From a plasmid: DNA of 64,000 nucleotides. Location: sequence record NZ_CP014527.1; one strand, given 5' to 3'. The translations under genes were made by a program, and so were the position numbers. Under the pieces are notes generated by a model. That model did not search any database. It had not been told where the DNA came from and saw nothing but the letters and a program-made list of their open reading frames with translations. Shown here piece by piece: positions 19,864 to 31,467 of this stretch; within the stretch, counting starts at the first letter, position 1; each line of letters opens with the position of its first letter.

Positions 19864-21177
19864 CTAGTTCAGGGTCAGGTTCCGGTAGTTATCGAATCCC
19901 TGATAACTTGACGTTATGATGCGTTCCCCCTCGGTGAGACCCTCAAGCACCTCTACGGCGTCAACAGTTCGGCGACCAGCCTTGATAGTCCTTCGGGTAG
20001 CGGTTGATCCATCGACAACAAAGACCCAGTTGCCTCCGGTTGTTTCCCAGAACGCCCCCAGCGGAATTGTCAAAATGCTGTCGTTCTGCTGCGCCAGCTC
20101 CAGCCGACCGGTGATCGCCTGCCCCCGCGTGACACCCGGGAGGGAAACAGACGAGGCAAAATCAGCCTCAACCTTGAACTTCCCCTCCGTAATACGCGGG
20201 GAAATGCGCGTGACGGTCAACACTACATCGGCACCACCAATCGACCCAAGAACCCTCTGTCCAATCCGGACACGGTCAAGGTAAAACTCATCAAGCTGTG
20301 CCTCGACCTTGAAACCCTCGTTATTGTCAATCTGTCCTACGGATTGCCCGGCTGTAAGGTGCTGCCCCAAACTGACATCAAGGTGCGTAAGATAGCCCGT
20401 AATCGGCGCCCGCAAGGTCAGGGCATCAAGCTGTGACCTGGCAGTATGGATCGTTTCATCAAGACGGCGGGATGTCTCGCTGATGGAACGCTCGATCTCC
20501 TCAGCTTGCAACTTGGTACGCTCAAGCGCGCGACTTCGAATTTCAGAAAGAGCTGTCCAGTAGGCAAGATCCTCGCCAAGGCTTTTTTCCTTGGCTGCCG
20601 GGCTGACGCCTCTCTCCGACAACTGCTTCTGCATCGTATATGTCCGCTGCAACTGTTCGACCCGGTATGTCGCCTCTTTCAGCTCGGCTTCAGCGTTGCC
20701 GAGCGCCTGCGAGAGACTTAACCGGAGCGACATCTGTTGATCGAGATGATTGATCGCGTTGGATTCCTGCGTTGAGATCGACAGCTCCAGCGTTGGATTT
20801 GAGGTCCTGACAAGAGGAGCACCAACCTCGACATAATCGCCGGCACGCTGAAAGATCTCTTCAACACGTCCCTCCTGCACAAGGTCGAGATAAACGGTCT
20901 CCCGCGGCAAAATGCGGCCTCGCAGGGGAATGAATTCAGTGAAGGGCCCTGTTGTGGCTGTCGCAATCGTCAATCCTTCCGGTGACACCGCAAGGGTCGA
21001 GGCGGCCCGGCTTGACAGGACATAGAGAGCCACCAGACCGGCAACAAGCAGCACTGCCGTACCACTGACCATATAGGGCCAACGGCGACGACGCTGGACA
21101 GGCCGGTCGGTCGCAAGCAAAACAACCCTGCCCGGGTCTTCGTCCACCAGCTGATCACGCCAGAACAAGAGCCGCAT
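19864..21177 (-). CDS. HlyD/MacA-family periplasmic adaptor (membrane fusion protein)
   Basis: N-terminal TM segment, long coiled-coil segments, and a biotinyl/lipoyl-like beta domain. Position between the permease and the ATPase. Confidence 0.75.
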   Translation of the reverse strand: MRLLFWRDQLVDEDPGRVVLLATDRPVQRRRRWPYMVSGTAVLLVAGLVALYVLSSRAASTLAVSPEGLTIATATTGPFTEFIPLRGRILPRETVYLDLVQEGRVEEIFQRAGDYVEVGAPLVRTSNPTLELSISTQESNAINHLDQQMSLRLSLSQALGNAEAELKEATYRVEQLQRTYTMQKQLSERGVSPAAKEKSLGEDLAYWTALSEIRSRALERTKLQAEEIERSISETSRRLDETIHTARSQLDALTLRAPITGYLTHLDVSLGQHLTAGQSVGQIDNNEGFKVEAQLDEFYLDRVRIGQRVLGSIGGADVVLTVTRISPRITEGKFKVEADFASSVSLPGVTRGQAITGRLELAQQNDSILTIPLGAFWETTGGNWVFVVDGSTATRRTIKAGRRTVDAVEVLEGLTEGERIITSSYQGFDNYRNLTLN

Positions 21178-21187
21178 GGTTGACCGC

Positions 21188-23602
21188 CTACTGTCGCAGT
21201 GCTGACGCTGGTTCGGTGCCAGACAGCCGGATTGTGTGGTGCACCATGGCCACCATTCCGATCATCATGACCCCGGTTGCAGATGCCAGAAATGGAGACG
21301 GACCCAAGGCGATTCGATGGGTATAACCACTCAACCACGAAAGAGCGATCCCGACCGAAACCGGTATTCCCAGGACGATACCCGCAATGACCGGCATCAA
21401 GAACCGCATTGAAAGATAAGCCGTGACATTGCTCCGCGTGGCTCCCAGCGCACGGCGGATACCGACCTCGCGACGCTGCCGGATTGACAGAAGCGATGTC
21501 AGTGCATAGACGCCCAAGCACGATGTGGCCATGGCAACAAGACTGAGAGCAAAGAGAGCCTGCTTCGTCTTCTCAAGAGGCCGATAGAGATCGGCAAGTC
21601 GGTCGTCCAGAAAACGGCCATTGAGCACGGCGTCGTTACAAATCTCCCGCCAGCGGGCTATGATCTGATCCATCATGGACGCATCCTGCGGATTGTCGAG
21701 TGCAATCGCTATAAACCTGCCGTTTCCACCGACGGAGAAGTAGACCATCCGTTCAAGAGGGGCATCAACCGATTTCATGGTCATGTCGGGAACCACCCCC
21801 AGAACCTCGAAAGAAACGGGTTCCTCCGACCATGTTGAAACAACTGTGGCACCAATGGCCGATTGCGCGTCCCGGAACCCGAGCGCAGGTAGAGCCGCCT
21901 CGCTGAGCACAATGCCCTGCACATCAGCCTGCCCGGCTGTGGGGTCGGCAAACAACCGTCCTGCTATTGGTTCAAGACCAAACGCCTCGAAAAAAGACGA
22001 ATCTACCGAATTTGACGAAAAACTACTTGGCGCTGCCTGGCCTTGGTTCCTCAGTGACAGCATCGATGTACTGAAGTTCGTTGGCACAATCTCTGACAGA
22101 GATACAGAGCGAACGCCCGGAATGCGACGGGCCTCATCGCGAAATGTCGCCAAGGCTGAAGGCGGCAGGCCCGTTGCCCCCGCATCAATGATGAAAACGC
22201 CGGTTCCTGCAGCCTGAACACTACTGCGAACGGCAAAAGAGGTCTGCTCGGCGACAACAAGCGAGAGGACAGCGATGATGGTTGTCAGTGAAAACTGTAC
22301 CACGACGGGAATCGTCTCCCACGTGACCTTTCGCTGCGGCATGTCTTGTTTGAGAGTCTCCACCGGAGACATTCGAGCTGCTGCATTCGCGGGCAGTATG
22401 ACTGCCATGCCCGCCACAAGAGCAACGACAAGCGGCGGCACCAACAGGACAAGGAAATCGGACATACCCACCAGTACGGTCGCGCCAGACAGACCGGCAA
22501 CAATCGGGTGCCCAGCCACAATGATTGCAGCAGCGAGCGCCATCGCTGCGATGGTTACCACAGTCCCTTCTCGAAGACTGCCAAAAACAACCTGAAGCCT
22601 GGTTGCACCGAACGTCCGACGCACCCCGTATTCAAGGGTTCGCGCCTCGGTACGGGACATCATCAGAACAGAGAAGTTAATACAGACAATCACTGTGATT
22701 GTTACGGCAATTGCAGCCAGAATGCCAAGCATCGTCCGGCTTCCTCCCGGCTTCAACTCACCGGCCGGAAAAGAATTCAGGTGAATCTCCGAAACAGGCA
22801 TCATACCGAGGGCCGGTTTGACAACGGCCATCGCTTCCGGCGGCATGACCGGGGTTATGGCCAGAAGACCGGAAAGCCGGGATGCCATGTCCTTCGCTCC
22901 GACGCCATCCCTGAGCCAGAAATAGGTGTAGGCACTACCTTTGCTGGGACTGGCCAAGCGACTTTGCTGGTTCAGAGCCGTAAAGGGGCTTCTGCTGCTT
23001 ACAAGGATATTCAGGTCAAGATGCGTATTCCGGGGGACCGGATCCAGAACCCCTGTTACCCGCAAGCTGTCGCCTGTATCAAGCTCAAGGACCTGCCCTA
23101 CGGCATTTATATTCCCGAAGTATTTCTGCGCGGCTTCGCGGGTAAGAACAACACTGCCGGGTGCATCCAGAACAGTTGGACCGGTTCTTTCGCTCAGACC
23201 CAGACCAAAAGCATCAAGGAAGTTCGGGTCAACAACCTGGACTGTTTCTGAATACCGTGTTCCATGGCGCGCAATGACCAGTGTTTCACGCGACAGGCGC
23301 GTCACATCCTCAACACCGGAAAGTTGCCCGACGGCTTCGGCCAAGCGTAGGCTGACAGAAGGCAGTGGAATTGTTTGGGCACCAGGCGGTGAAATCACCA
23401 TATGGAGACGATACGCCCGTTCGCTGTTACGGACCCATGTATCATGGGAAAGCTCCGCCCGGATCATCAGAAGGCACAAGCCGACTGCGACAAAACCAAC
23501 AGCGGTTCCAAAAAAATTCACGACGACCGGAATGATGTCTCGTATCGCACTTAACCCGAAAAACTCACGCACCCGATTTCGCACTCCTGCCCCAAACCCC
23601 AT
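21188..23602 (-). CDS. ABC transporter permease with two FtsX-like domains (MacB-type large permease)
   Basis: About 800 aa with two blocks of 4 TM helices each, each preceded by a large periplasmic domain. It is the first gene of the three-gene minus-strand operon. Confidence 0.75.
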   Translation of the reverse strand: MGFGAGVRNRVREFFGLSAIRDIIPVVVNFFGTAVGFVAVGLCLLMIRAELSHDTWVRNSERAYRLHMVISPPGAQTIPLPSVSLRLAEAVGQLSGVEDVTRLSRETLVIARHGTRYSETVQVVDPNFLDAFGLGLSERTGPTVLDAPGSVVLTREAAQKYFGNINAVGQVLELDTGDSLRVTGVLDPVPRNTHLDLNILVSSRSPFTALNQQSRLASPSKGSAYTYFWLRDGVGAKDMASRLSGLLAITPVMPPEAMAVVKPALGMMPVSEIHLNSFPAGELKPGGSRTMLGILAAIAVTITVIVCINFSVLMMSRTEARTLEYGVRRTFGATRLQVVFGSLREGTVVTIAAMALAAAIIVAGHPIVAGLSGATVLVGMSDFLVLLVPPLVVALVAGMAVILPANAAARMSPVETLKQDMPQRKVTWETIPVVVQFSLTTIIAVLSLVVAEQTSFAVRSSVQAAGTGVFIIDAGATGLPPSALATFRDEARRIPGVRSVSLSEIVPTNFSTSMLSLRNQGQAAPSSFSSNSVDSSFFEAFGLEPIAGRLFADPTAGQADVQGIVLSEAALPALGFRDAQSAIGATVVSTWSEEPVSFEVLGVVPDMTMKSVDAPLERMVYFSVGGNGRFIAIALDNPQDASMMDQIIARWREICNDAVLNGRFLDDRLADLYRPLEKTKQALFALSLVAMATSCLGVYALTSLLSIRQRREVGIRRALGATRSNVTAYLSMRFLMPVIAGIVLGIPVSVGIALSWLSGYTHRIALGPSPFLASATGVMMIGMVAMVHHTIRLSGTEPASALRQ

Positions 23603-23776
23603 AAAGAAATGTCTCTAAATAATTCAGAGCACTCAATTGCCCTATTATCAAAAAATGGCCGTATTGTGACGAGCACAGATATCTCCACTCACAACAGGCT
23701 TGCCCCACCACAAAACAGATGAAATCCTTCACCAGTGAAATACCTTGCCCGCCGACAATACGGGGAACAAAAACTG

Positions 23777-25933
23777 ATGACTTCCTTGCAGGACTCCCTG
23801 TTCCAATCTGTCGTCAATGCATTGGAGCAACAGCGGCACCAAGAAGCCCTGCAATACCTGACAACGTTGATAGATAAAGAGCCACGACACATAGAGGGGC
23901 GACGCCTATTCGGCCTTCTCCTGTCCGGTTCAGGGCAACGAGAACAAGCTCTTCCCTGGTTGGTGGGCGCAGCGCAGGATGCCCCGACCCATCCTGTCCT
24001 AGGACACGAAGCCGGTGAACTTCTTCTGGCACTCCAGAAGCCGGGACAGGCTATAGCCATGCTGGAAACATACCTGCAACATCATCCGGGGAATGCTGCC
24101 GCTCATTTTTCGCTGGCCATGGCTTTGCGCAAAACCGGACAAACCGATGCTGCCATCACACACTATAAGCATGTCTTGGCCCTAGATCCAAGCAGTGGCC
24201 ATGCGTGGTTCAACATTGGTAATATCCATCACGAGGAAGGACGCAAGGAAGACGCCATCAAAGCCTGGGAAGAGGCACTCCACGCTGCTCATCCATGTCA
24301 AGAAGCACTCTTCAACCTGTGTCTGGGACTGATTGACGCAGGCCGGATACAGGAAGCATCTGCCTTGCGCGGTACAATCAGCATGCTGATGCCTGATCAT
24401 CCCCTGTGTGAGCGCCTTGATGCCGAATTTGCAGCAACACATGGTGATACGGTCGGAGCCATTACTCATCTACGTCTCTACCTTCAAAAGGCGCCGGATA
24501 CGCCGGAAGCCCTGATGCGGCTTGCCCGGCTGGAAGCCAAGGAAGGCAATCTTGACGGTGCACGTGCACAGGCCAAGACATTGATCCGGAAAGTGGGCGA
24601 GACATGGCAGACGTGCGCCTTGACGGGTGAAATAGAGGCACACTTCGGCCATACTACACAGGCTAGGCTGGCATGGAAACGTGCAGCAGAACTACATCCT
24701 CTTGACTGGCAACTATGGAGCAATGCCCTGTTCCTCAGTCTGCATGACAACGAAGCAAGCCCCGAAGATGTCTTTCAGGATCACCGTCATTTTGGCCTGT
24801 TCTGGGAACGGCAGATCACGCCCCTCCCCCACCACATGGCAGCAGGTCTCAAGAAACGTCTGCGTATCGGGTATGTTTCACCTGATTTCTGCCACCATGC
24901 CATTAGCTTGTTTGTAGAACCGCTCTTTATACGGCATGATCGATCACAGTTCGAGGTTATCGGCTTCCATATTCCACGCCGGATTGACGAGACAACCCAA
25001 CGACTGAGAGAAATGACGGACCAGTGGTACACCCTGCCACAAGACCATGAACAAGCTGCACGGTTGATACAAAAGCACCACATTGACATTCTGATTGATC
25101 TGGCCGGTCATACTGCGGGCAATATGCTGCCCCTGTTTGCTTGGAAGCCGGCACCCCTGCAGGTCAGTATGCTTGGTTACCCCGGAACAACCGGACTAAC
25201 CCGGGTTGACAGCCGTCCTCTCTACGGCAATCCCCCCAAAAGAACTGATGAGCAGGAATACAGCGTGGAGCGCCTGTGGGATCAAGTAGGACCATCAGAA
25301 ATTAATGCGCCAAAAGAGTGCTGGCGTCCAAGCCCCCTTCCTATGCTGCAACGGGGGTGGCCACTGTTCGGCTCTGTCAACAAATATATGAAAGTTGATT
25401 CTGAGACTCGACGCCTGTGGGGACGCATCCTTGATGTATGTCCAACGGCACGGTTGACTGTCATCGCTCCGGGAGCAGACAACCCGGAAACACGGAAAAT
25501 CATTCTACATGACTTCGCTGCCGATAACTGCCCTGTTGATCGGATAGACCTGCGCGAGGAAATGCCTTTAACAGAGTGGTTCACATTCTGTCGAGGCATC
25601 GATGTTGTTCTCGATCCCCTGCACTATCGCGGCGGCACAACAACCAGACTCCTCATGGCAATGGGCGTCAAGATTTTGCGTCTGCACCAAGCTGATAATA
25701 CAGAGGAATATAATAACCCTCTAAATGCCAAGAACCTAGACGACTATGTCAGGCTAGCCTGCAATCTGGTATCAGATCCAGAAAAGCTGGCAAGGCAAAG
25801 AGTGTACGATCAAGAGTGCGAAAAACAACATAGTGATCAATTACAGCGACATTATCTTGGAATCATAGAAACAGAGTTCCTCAGAAGTTGGGAGCAATAC
25901 CACCGTACGGCTCCCAGCAACGTCTCAAGATAA
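23777..25933 (+). CDS. TPR-repeat protein with C-terminal GT41 (O-GlcNAc transferase/SPINDLY-like) glycosyltransferase domain
   Basis: N-terminal TPR repeats. The C-terminus (RIGYVSPDFCHHAISLFVEPLF...IDILIDLAGHTAGNMLPLFAWKPAPLQVSMLGYPGTTG) is typical of bacterial OGT-like proteins. Confidence 0.7.
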   Translation: MTSLQDSLFQSVVNALEQQRHQEALQYLTTLIDKEPRHIEGRRLFGLLLSGSGQREQALPWLVGAAQDAPTHPVLGHEAGELLLALQKPGQAIAMLETYLQHHPGNAAAHFSLAMALRKTGQTDAAITHYKHVLALDPSSGHAWFNIGNIHHEEGRKEDAIKAWEEALHAAHPCQEALFNLCLGLIDAGRIQEASALRGTISMLMPDHPLCERLDAEFAATHGDTVGAITHLRLYLQKAPDTPEALMRLARLEAKEGNLDGARAQAKTLIRKVGETWQTCALTGEIEAHFGHTTQARLAWKRAAELHPLDWQLWSNALFLSLHDNEASPEDVFQDHRHFGLFWERQITPLPHHMAAGLKKRLRIGYVSPDFCHHAISLFVEPLFIRHDRSQFEVIGFHIPRRIDETTQRLREMTDQWYTLPQDHEQAARLIQKHHIDILIDLAGHTAGNMLPLFAWKPAPLQVSMLGYPGTTGLTRVDSRPLYGNPPKRTDEQEYSVERLWDQVGPSEINAPKECWRPSPLPMLQRGWPLFGSVNKYMKVDSETRRLWGRILDVCPTARLTVIAPGADNPETRKIILHDFAADNCPVDRIDLREEMPLTEWFTFCRGIDVVLDPLHYRGGTTTRLLMAMGVKILRLHQADNTEEYNNPLNAKNLDDYVRLACNLVSDPEKLARQRVYDQECEKQHSDQLQRHYLGIIETEFLRSWEQYHRTAPSNVSR

Positions 25934-25955
25934 TTATAAGCAGGGACAGACAGGC

Positions 25956-27782
25956 TCAGACACGCCCATCAAAACGGAATATACCTGCCCCCTCTTCCGC
26001 GCCACCAGCCAACTGCCTGAAGGGTGCAAACAGCTCGCGCCCGGTACCAAAACGCTGATCCACAGGAGCAGATGGAACGGACCGAGCATGCAGAAGAGAG
26101 GGATCAACCTTCAGCTCCAGAACGCCAGCCACCGCATCCAGCCGAATGATGTCGCCATCTTGGACATATCCAATCATACCTGTATCTAGTGCCTCGGGCG
26201 TGACGTGAATGGCGGCCGGAACCTTGCCTGATGCCCCGGACATACGCCCGTCAGTCACCAGTGCAACCTTGTAGCCAAGATCCTGAAGAACCCCAAGCGG
26301 CGGTGTTAGCTTGTGCAACTCGGGCATGCCGTTGGCCTTAGGGCCCTGAAAACGGACAACACACACAACATCACGGTTCAACTCGCCAGCTTGGAATGCT
26401 TGCAGCATCGCCTCCTGGGAATCAAAAACACGGCATGGAGCCTCAACAACACGGTTCTCGGGCTTGACCGCCGATGTCTTGATAACAGCGCGTCCCAAAT
26501 TCCCCGACAGCACTTTCAATCCCCCATCCGGGGCAAAAGGACGCCCAACCGTTGTCAGCACAGCTGGATCAGCGCTGTCACGGGCAAGATCCACATAAAC
26601 CAGAGTACCATCCCGGAGTACAGGAGTCCGCGTATAGCGCTCAAGACCAAGGCCGGCAACCGTCATGACGTCCCCATGCAGCATCCCGTTTTCAAGGAGC
26701 TCCCGGATCAAAAACGCCATCCCACCTGCCTCATGGAAGGCATTCACATCTGCCTCTCCATTCGGATAAACCTTGGCCAGAAGGGGAATAATTGCAGACA
26801 GGTCGGAAAAATCTTGCCAGTCCAGAACAAGCCCGGCAGCACGCGCCATAGCAACAAGATGGAGGGTGTGGTTTGTGGATCCCCCTGTCGCAAGCAGACC
26901 AATCAAGGCATTGGTGATAACTCTCTCGTCGATAATTTCACCGATCGGAGCCATTTCCTCACCACGGGCCATAGCGGTTACGCGCCGCCCAGCTTCTTCC
27001 GTGAGGGCATGCCGCAGCGCTGTTCCCGGGGCAACAAACGAAGCGCCAGGTAAATGCAGCCCCATAATCTCCATCAGCATCTGATTGGAGTTGGCCGTGC
27101 CGTAGAAGGTACAGGTCCCCGGTGCATGATAAGCAGCCATTTCCGCAGCAAGCAGTTCATCATGCCCGACACGGCCGGAAGCAAACTCCTGCCTGACCTT
27201 GGCTTTTTCTGCATTAGAAATACCGGAAGGCATAGGACCTGCCGGTACAAAAATCATTGGCAGATGGCCAAAGCACAAGGCACCGGTCACCAGCCCGGGA
27301 ACGATCTTGTCGCAAACCCCAAGCAACAAAGCGCCGTCGAACATATCATGCGACAATGCCACAGCCGTAGCCATGGCAATGACATCCCGACTGAACAAGG
27401 AGAGCTCCATACCCGCCCGCCCCTGGGTAATCCCGTCACACATTGCGGGAACCCCACCGGCAACCTGGGCAAACCCACCGGCTGACGCAACAGCCGCACG
27501 CAGAATCTGCGGATAGGTCTCAAAAGGCTGATGCGCAGACAACATATCGTTGTACGCCGTCACAATGCCTATACCCGGAGCCTCTGGCGCCATCAAAACC
27601 TGCTTTTGATGGGCTTCGCAAGCCGCAACGCCATGGGCAAAATTGCTGCAGCCAAGCTCCATGCGGCTAGGACGGGAGGCACCCCGGGCAGCACGCAGGC
27701 GCTGCAAATAAGCATGACGAGTTTCCCGACTGCGTTCAGCAATACGGCGGGTAACAGAAGCAATACCAGGATGGATAGTCAT
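25956..27782 (-). CDS. edd: phosphogluconate dehydratase (Entner-Doudoroff)
   Basis: ILVD/EDD family signatures (CDGITQG and GVCDKIVPG); about 608 aa. Confidence 0.9.
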   Translation of the reverse strand: MTIHPGIASVTRRIAERSRETRHAYLQRLRAARGASRPSRMELGCSNFAHGVAACEAHQKQVLMAPEAPGIGIVTAYNDMLSAHQPFETYPQILRAAVASAGGFAQVAGGVPAMCDGITQGRAGMELSLFSRDVIAMATAVALSHDMFDGALLLGVCDKIVPGLVTGALCFGHLPMIFVPAGPMPSGISNAEKAKVRQEFASGRVGHDELLAAEMAAYHAPGTCTFYGTANSNQMLMEIMGLHLPGASFVAPGTALRHALTEEAGRRVTAMARGEEMAPIGEIIDERVITNALIGLLATGGSTNHTLHLVAMARAAGLVLDWQDFSDLSAIIPLLAKVYPNGEADVNAFHEAGGMAFLIRELLENGMLHGDVMTVAGLGLERYTRTPVLRDGTLVYVDLARDSADPAVLTTVGRPFAPDGGLKVLSGNLGRAVIKTSAVKPENRVVEAPCRVFDSQEAMLQAFQAGELNRDVVCVVRFQGPKANGMPELHKLTPPLGVLQDLGYKVALVTDGRMSGASGKVPAAIHVTPEALDTGMIGYVQDGDIIRLDAVAGVLELKVDPSLLHARSVPSAPVDQRFGTGRELFAPFRQLAGGAEEGAGIFRFDGRV

Positions 27783-27816
27783 AACGTCCTCTGAAACAAC
27801 ACCAGAACCATATGCG

Positions 27817-28530
27817 TCAAGGGCACCAAAGGACCGTCAACGGACAACGCACACTGGCCTGCAGGGCACCAATTGGCAGGGAAGCTGACGGACCACCCGC
27901 CTCCATATCCTCCCACAGGCGGCGTTTGCTTTCCCCTGTTGCAAGCACAACAATAGAACGGGCATTCACCAGACGCCCGAGCGTGAGCGAGATCCGCTCC
28001 GGACCGCCAGGAATACCTATTGCAGGGACGCAAAACTGGCCTGCGGCAATGCCTTCAGCCGGCTGTGGCCATGTCGGCTCACCAGGGAAAAGAGAAGCAA
28101 TATGGCCATCTTCTCCCATACCCAAGACAACCATATCAAAGGCATCATCAAAAGCCCCAAGAGCACGGTCTACCGATGCAATGCCCTCAGCAGGGGAGCT
28201 TTCCCCGGTATAAAGAGGAACCAGCTGCGCACGCCGGGCAAATGCTGTCAGCAAGTTGCGACGGACCATGGCCTCGTTGCTGCCGGCATCATCAAGACCA
28301 ACCCAACGCTCATCCGTCAACGTGACAGACACCCGATCCCATGGCAGAACGGCCGTAGAAAGACATGACAGGAACTGTGCCGGCGTCCGCCCCCCGGGCA
28401 CAACCAAAGAAGCCCAGCCACGGACTGAAACAGCATCCGACAGGGAATCAGCCACCAAGGAGGCTGCTGATTCCGCTAATGTCGTTGCGTCTGGGAAAAC
28501 AGCCAAGGCTGAAGTCATGGTGTTGCTCAT
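27817..28530 (-). CDS. pgl: 6-phosphogluconolactonase
   Basis: Glucosamine/6PGL fold motif VVPGGRTP; position between zwf and edd. Confidence 0.8.
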   Translation of the reverse strand: MSNTMTSALAVFPDATTLAESAASLVADSLSDAVSVRGWASLVVPGGRTPAQFLSCLSTAVLPWDRVSVTLTDERWVGLDDAGSNEAMVRRNLLTAFARRAQLVPLYTGESSPAEGIASVDRALGAFDDAFDMVVLGMGEDGHIASLFPGEPTWPQPAEGIAAGQFCVPAIGIPGGPERISLTLGRLVNARSIVVLATGESKRRLWEDMEAGGPSASLPIGALQASVRCPLTVLWCP

Positions 28531-30098
28531 CGGTGCATCTCCGCGTCGTCATGCCACGATCTTAGATCACGTTCAATCATTGCAACAGACGCAGAAGGCC
28601 CCCACGTGCCCGCTGCATAAGGACGGGGAACCATATCATGGCGGGCCCAGCCATCGAGAATGGGCTCGATCCATTGCCAAGCGGCTTCAACCTCGTCACG
28701 CCGCATGAAGAGGGTAGGGTTGCCACGCACAACGTCCAGAAGCAAACGCTCGTAAGCATCCGGTGTTCTCTGCTTGAAGACATCGGAATAACTCAAGTTC
28801 AGGGGCGTCTCGCGGAACCGCATTCCACCCGGCCCCGGCTCCTTGGTCATCATGTGCAGCTTAATACCCTCATTGGGTTGCACCCGCACGACAAGACGGT
28901 TCGGTTGCAGGTCACGCCCGGCTGCCCCCGGGAATATGGAATGCGGAACAGGGCGAAACTGTATGACAATTTCAGACGTCTTCACGGCCAACCGCTTCCC
29001 GGTACGAAGGTAGAAGGGCATTCCCCCCCAACGCCAGTTGTGAACTTCGGCCTTCAGGCTCACAAAGGTTTCTGTCCGACTTTCGGCATCAACACCCGGT
29101 TCTTCCAGATAACCTGGTACCGCAACGCCACCAATTGCACCGGCCGCATACTGACCACGAATGGTGCGGGTCAAAACATCCTTGCCCTCAATCGGGGCCA
29201 GTGCACGCAGAACCTTGAGCTTTTCGTCACGCACAGCCTCATCGCTCATCCGAGCAGGCGGATCCATGGCAACCAGACAGAGGACTTGCAGCAAATGGTT
29301 CTGCACCATATCGCGCAGAGCCCCTGCCCGTTCATAATACCCGCTACGCCCCTCCAGCCCGACAGTTTCGGCAACCGTGATCTGGACATGATCTATAAAA
29401 CGGCTGTTCCAGAGAGGCTCGAACAAAGCATTTGCAAAGCGCAGGGCCAGAAGGTTCTGAACCGCCTCCTTGCCCAGATAATGATCAATACGGAAAATTG
29501 CCCGCTCGTCGAAGACAGCCCCGACATCATGATTGATGGCAAGCGCAGATTCGAGATCGCGACCAATCGGCTTCTCAAGTACCACGCGGGAATCCTGCGT
29601 TACAAGCCCAACCCGGTGGAGATTCCGGCAGACCGGCCCAAAAAGATCCGGCGATGTTGCCAGATAAAAGACCCGAATGCTGTTGGTGCTGTCGGCCAGC
29701 AATGATACCAGCCCTGCCCAACCAGTCTCACCGGCCGCATCAAGCTCTACATACGCAATCCGGTCCAGAAAAGAAGTAACCGCTGCATGATCAAGATCTA
29801 CCTCGGGCAAATAGCGCTGCAGGGCCTCAGACACACGGACACGATAGGACTCAGTTGACAGGGCTGACCGTGCTGATGCCACAATCCGGCTCTCAGAGTC
29901 AATCAGGCCATTGAGATGGCAATAGTAGAGAGACGGCAGGAGCTTGCGGAATGTCAGGTCCCCCGTACCACCAACAACAACATAGTCAAAACCGGGAACT
30001 GTCGGTTTACGCAACGCCTGACCAAAGCCAGATCGCGAACTGGCTATATCGGAAGAAACCTCTGCATTGGGGGGGCAGATTGAACCTGTTTTTGCCAT
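28527..30098 (-). CDS. zwf: glucose-6-phosphate 1-dehydrogenase
   Basis: NADP-binding GGTGDLT and active-site RIDHYLGKE. The start is chosen at MAKTGS; the ORF extends to 30119. Confidence 0.9.
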   Translation of the reverse strand: MAKTGSICPPNAEVSSDIASSRSGFGQALRKPTVPGFDYVVVGGTGDLTFRKLLPSLYYCHLNGLIDSESRIVASARSALSTESYRVRVSEALQRYLPEVDLDHAAVTSFLDRIAYVELDAAGETGWAGLVSLLADSTNSIRVFYLATSPDLFGPVCRNLHRVGLVTQDSRVVLEKPIGRDLESALAINHDVGAVFDERAIFRIDHYLGKEAVQNLLALRFANALFEPLWNSRFIDHVQITVAETVGLEGRSGYYERAGALRDMVQNHLLQVLCLVAMDPPARMSDEAVRDEKLKVLRALAPIEGKDVLTRTIRGQYAAGAIGGVAVPGYLEEPGVDAESRTETFVSLKAEVHNWRWGGMPFYLRTGKRLAVKTSEIVIQFRPVPHSIFPGAAGRDLQPNRLVVRVQPNEGIKLHMMTKEPGPGGMRFRETPLNLSYSDVFKQRTPDAYERLLLDVVRGNPTLFMRRDEVEAAWQWIEPILDGWARHDMVPRPYAAGTWGPSASVAMIERDLRSWHDDAEMHR

Positions 30099-30325
30099 AT
30101 TCCTGCATCCTGCGTACATCCAGCACCATGGGCAGGACCTGCTCCTGCTCGGCCCTACCGGGGGTGAATGTAGGATTACTGCGCGACAAGAGCAAAAGAA
30201 ATTGTCTCAACGCATGCTGTCAGGGTGAAGAACCAACGCCTTGCCACAACCAAACTGGCTGTGTAAACAGGCACTCAGGCTATCGTCATACCCTGCCCGC
30301 ACCTGAACACCTTAAGGATCCGATC

Positions 30326-31024
30326 GTGACAATACCCGCACAACCCGCACAGAACATGGCTGCCAAACTGATCCCGGCTGGCGAGATCATCGCCCAATTG
30401 TCAAGCTTCGGCGTTGTGCCTGTTATCCGGACCAGCACACCGGATCTTGCCTTGACCGCCGTTGAATGGCTGCGTGAAGCCGGGATCAGGACATTCGAAA
30501 TAACCATGACAACGCCAGATGCCATTTCCGTGATCCGGAAGCTGTCTGTGGCGTACCCCGACCTGCTGATTGGAGCCGGCACAGTGGTCTCAGCCGCCGC
30601 TGCACATGAGGTGATTGCAGCCGGCGCCCAGTATGTCGTGTCACCTTGGGTCGTACCCGAGGTGGGTGCTGTATGCAACGAACATGGAATTGCCTGCCTG
30701 ATGGGCACCCTGACCCCAACCGAAGTGGCAAGCGCACTGTCAGCAGGGGCTACAGCTATCAAGATCTTTCCGGCCTCCAGCGTTGGCCCAGCTCACCTCA
30801 AGGCCCTGCGTTCTGTCTTCCCCGGCGTCCCCATGATGCCAACCGGCGGTATCGACGCCAGCAGCATCGGCGAATGGATCAAGGCCGGTGCCATATGTGT
30901 AGGAGCCGGGGGCAAGCTTGTTGACGAAGCGCTGGTACGCAAAGGAGATCGCGAAGCCGTCATGCAGGCCGCAAGACAGATCATGGCTGCATGCGAACGC
31001 ACCCGGAATGAATTAGCCAGCTGA
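30326..31024 (+). CDS. eda: 2-dehydro-3-deoxy-6-phosphogluconate (KDPG) aldolase
   Basis: GVVPVIR...EITMTTP...GAGTV...VSP...IKIFPA...PTGGI matches the Eda family. A GTG start with AAGGA upstream is proposed; the alternative ATG at 30356 is MAAKL. Confidence 0.8.
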   Translation: MTIPAQPAQNMAAKLIPAGEIIAQLSSFGVVPVIRTSTPDLALTAVEWLREAGIRTFEITMTTPDAISVIRKLSVAYPDLLIGAGTVVSAAAAHEVIAAGAQYVVSPWVVPEVGAVCNEHGIACLMGTLTPTEVASALSAGATAIKIFPASSVGPAHLKALRSVFPGVPMMPTGGIDASSIGEWIKAGAICVGAGGKLVDEALVRKGDREAVMQAARQIMAACERTRNELAS

Positions 31025-31026
31025 CC

Positions 31027-31464
31027 CTACGGGGAACGCCTGATGCCATGTCCCTTAACCCAGCTGGCCAGTTCGAAAATCACCATGCCGATCAGCATCG
31101 CTGACACAAAATAAAGGGCATCTGTAAATCCGTAGCCTGCCAAGACAAGGGCCGGACCGGGACATATTCCGGCCAAGCCCCATCCTGCACCAAACATAAG
31201 GCTTCCAACAACAAGAGGTACATCAACAGCCTGTTTTGTCGGCAGGTAGAGGGCACAACCAGCCACTCCGCCCCCCCTACGCTTGACAAAACGGAAAGCA
31301 GGCCATGATACCCCAATAGCTCCAACCATCACCAAGGCAAGTGATGGATCCCAATTCCGGGAAATGTCAAGAAAGCCCTGTACCTTGGCGGGGTTAGCCA
31401 TGCCTGACAGAAGAAGCCCCATTCCGAAGAGTATGCCCGACAGACAGGGCGCAAGGTATGCCAT
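31027..31464 (-). CDS. YeeE/YedE-family (DUF395-like) membrane protein, half-size subunit
   Basis: Four-helix hydrophobic protein paired with the upstream paralogous half. Confidence 0.55.
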   Translation of the reverse strand: MAYLAPCLSGILFGMGLLLSGMANPAKVQGFLDISRNWDPSLALVMVGAIGVSWPAFRFVKRRGGGVAGCALYLPTKQAVDVPLVVGSLMFGAGWGLAGICPGPALVLAGYGFTDALYFVSAMLIGMVIFELASWVKGHGIRRSP

Positions 31465-31467
31465 GCC

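Noticed and set aside
22346-23251. 301-aa plus ORF, His/Arg-rich, inside the ABC permease
   Set aside because: It is antisense to the FtsX-like permease gene and has low-complexity composition.
26313-27053. 246-aa plus ORF inside edd
   Set aside because: It is antisense to the phosphogluconate dehydratase gene.
28638-29705. 355-aa plus ORF inside zwf
   Set aside because: It is antisense to glucose-6-phosphate dehydrogenase, a GC-rich mirror ORF.
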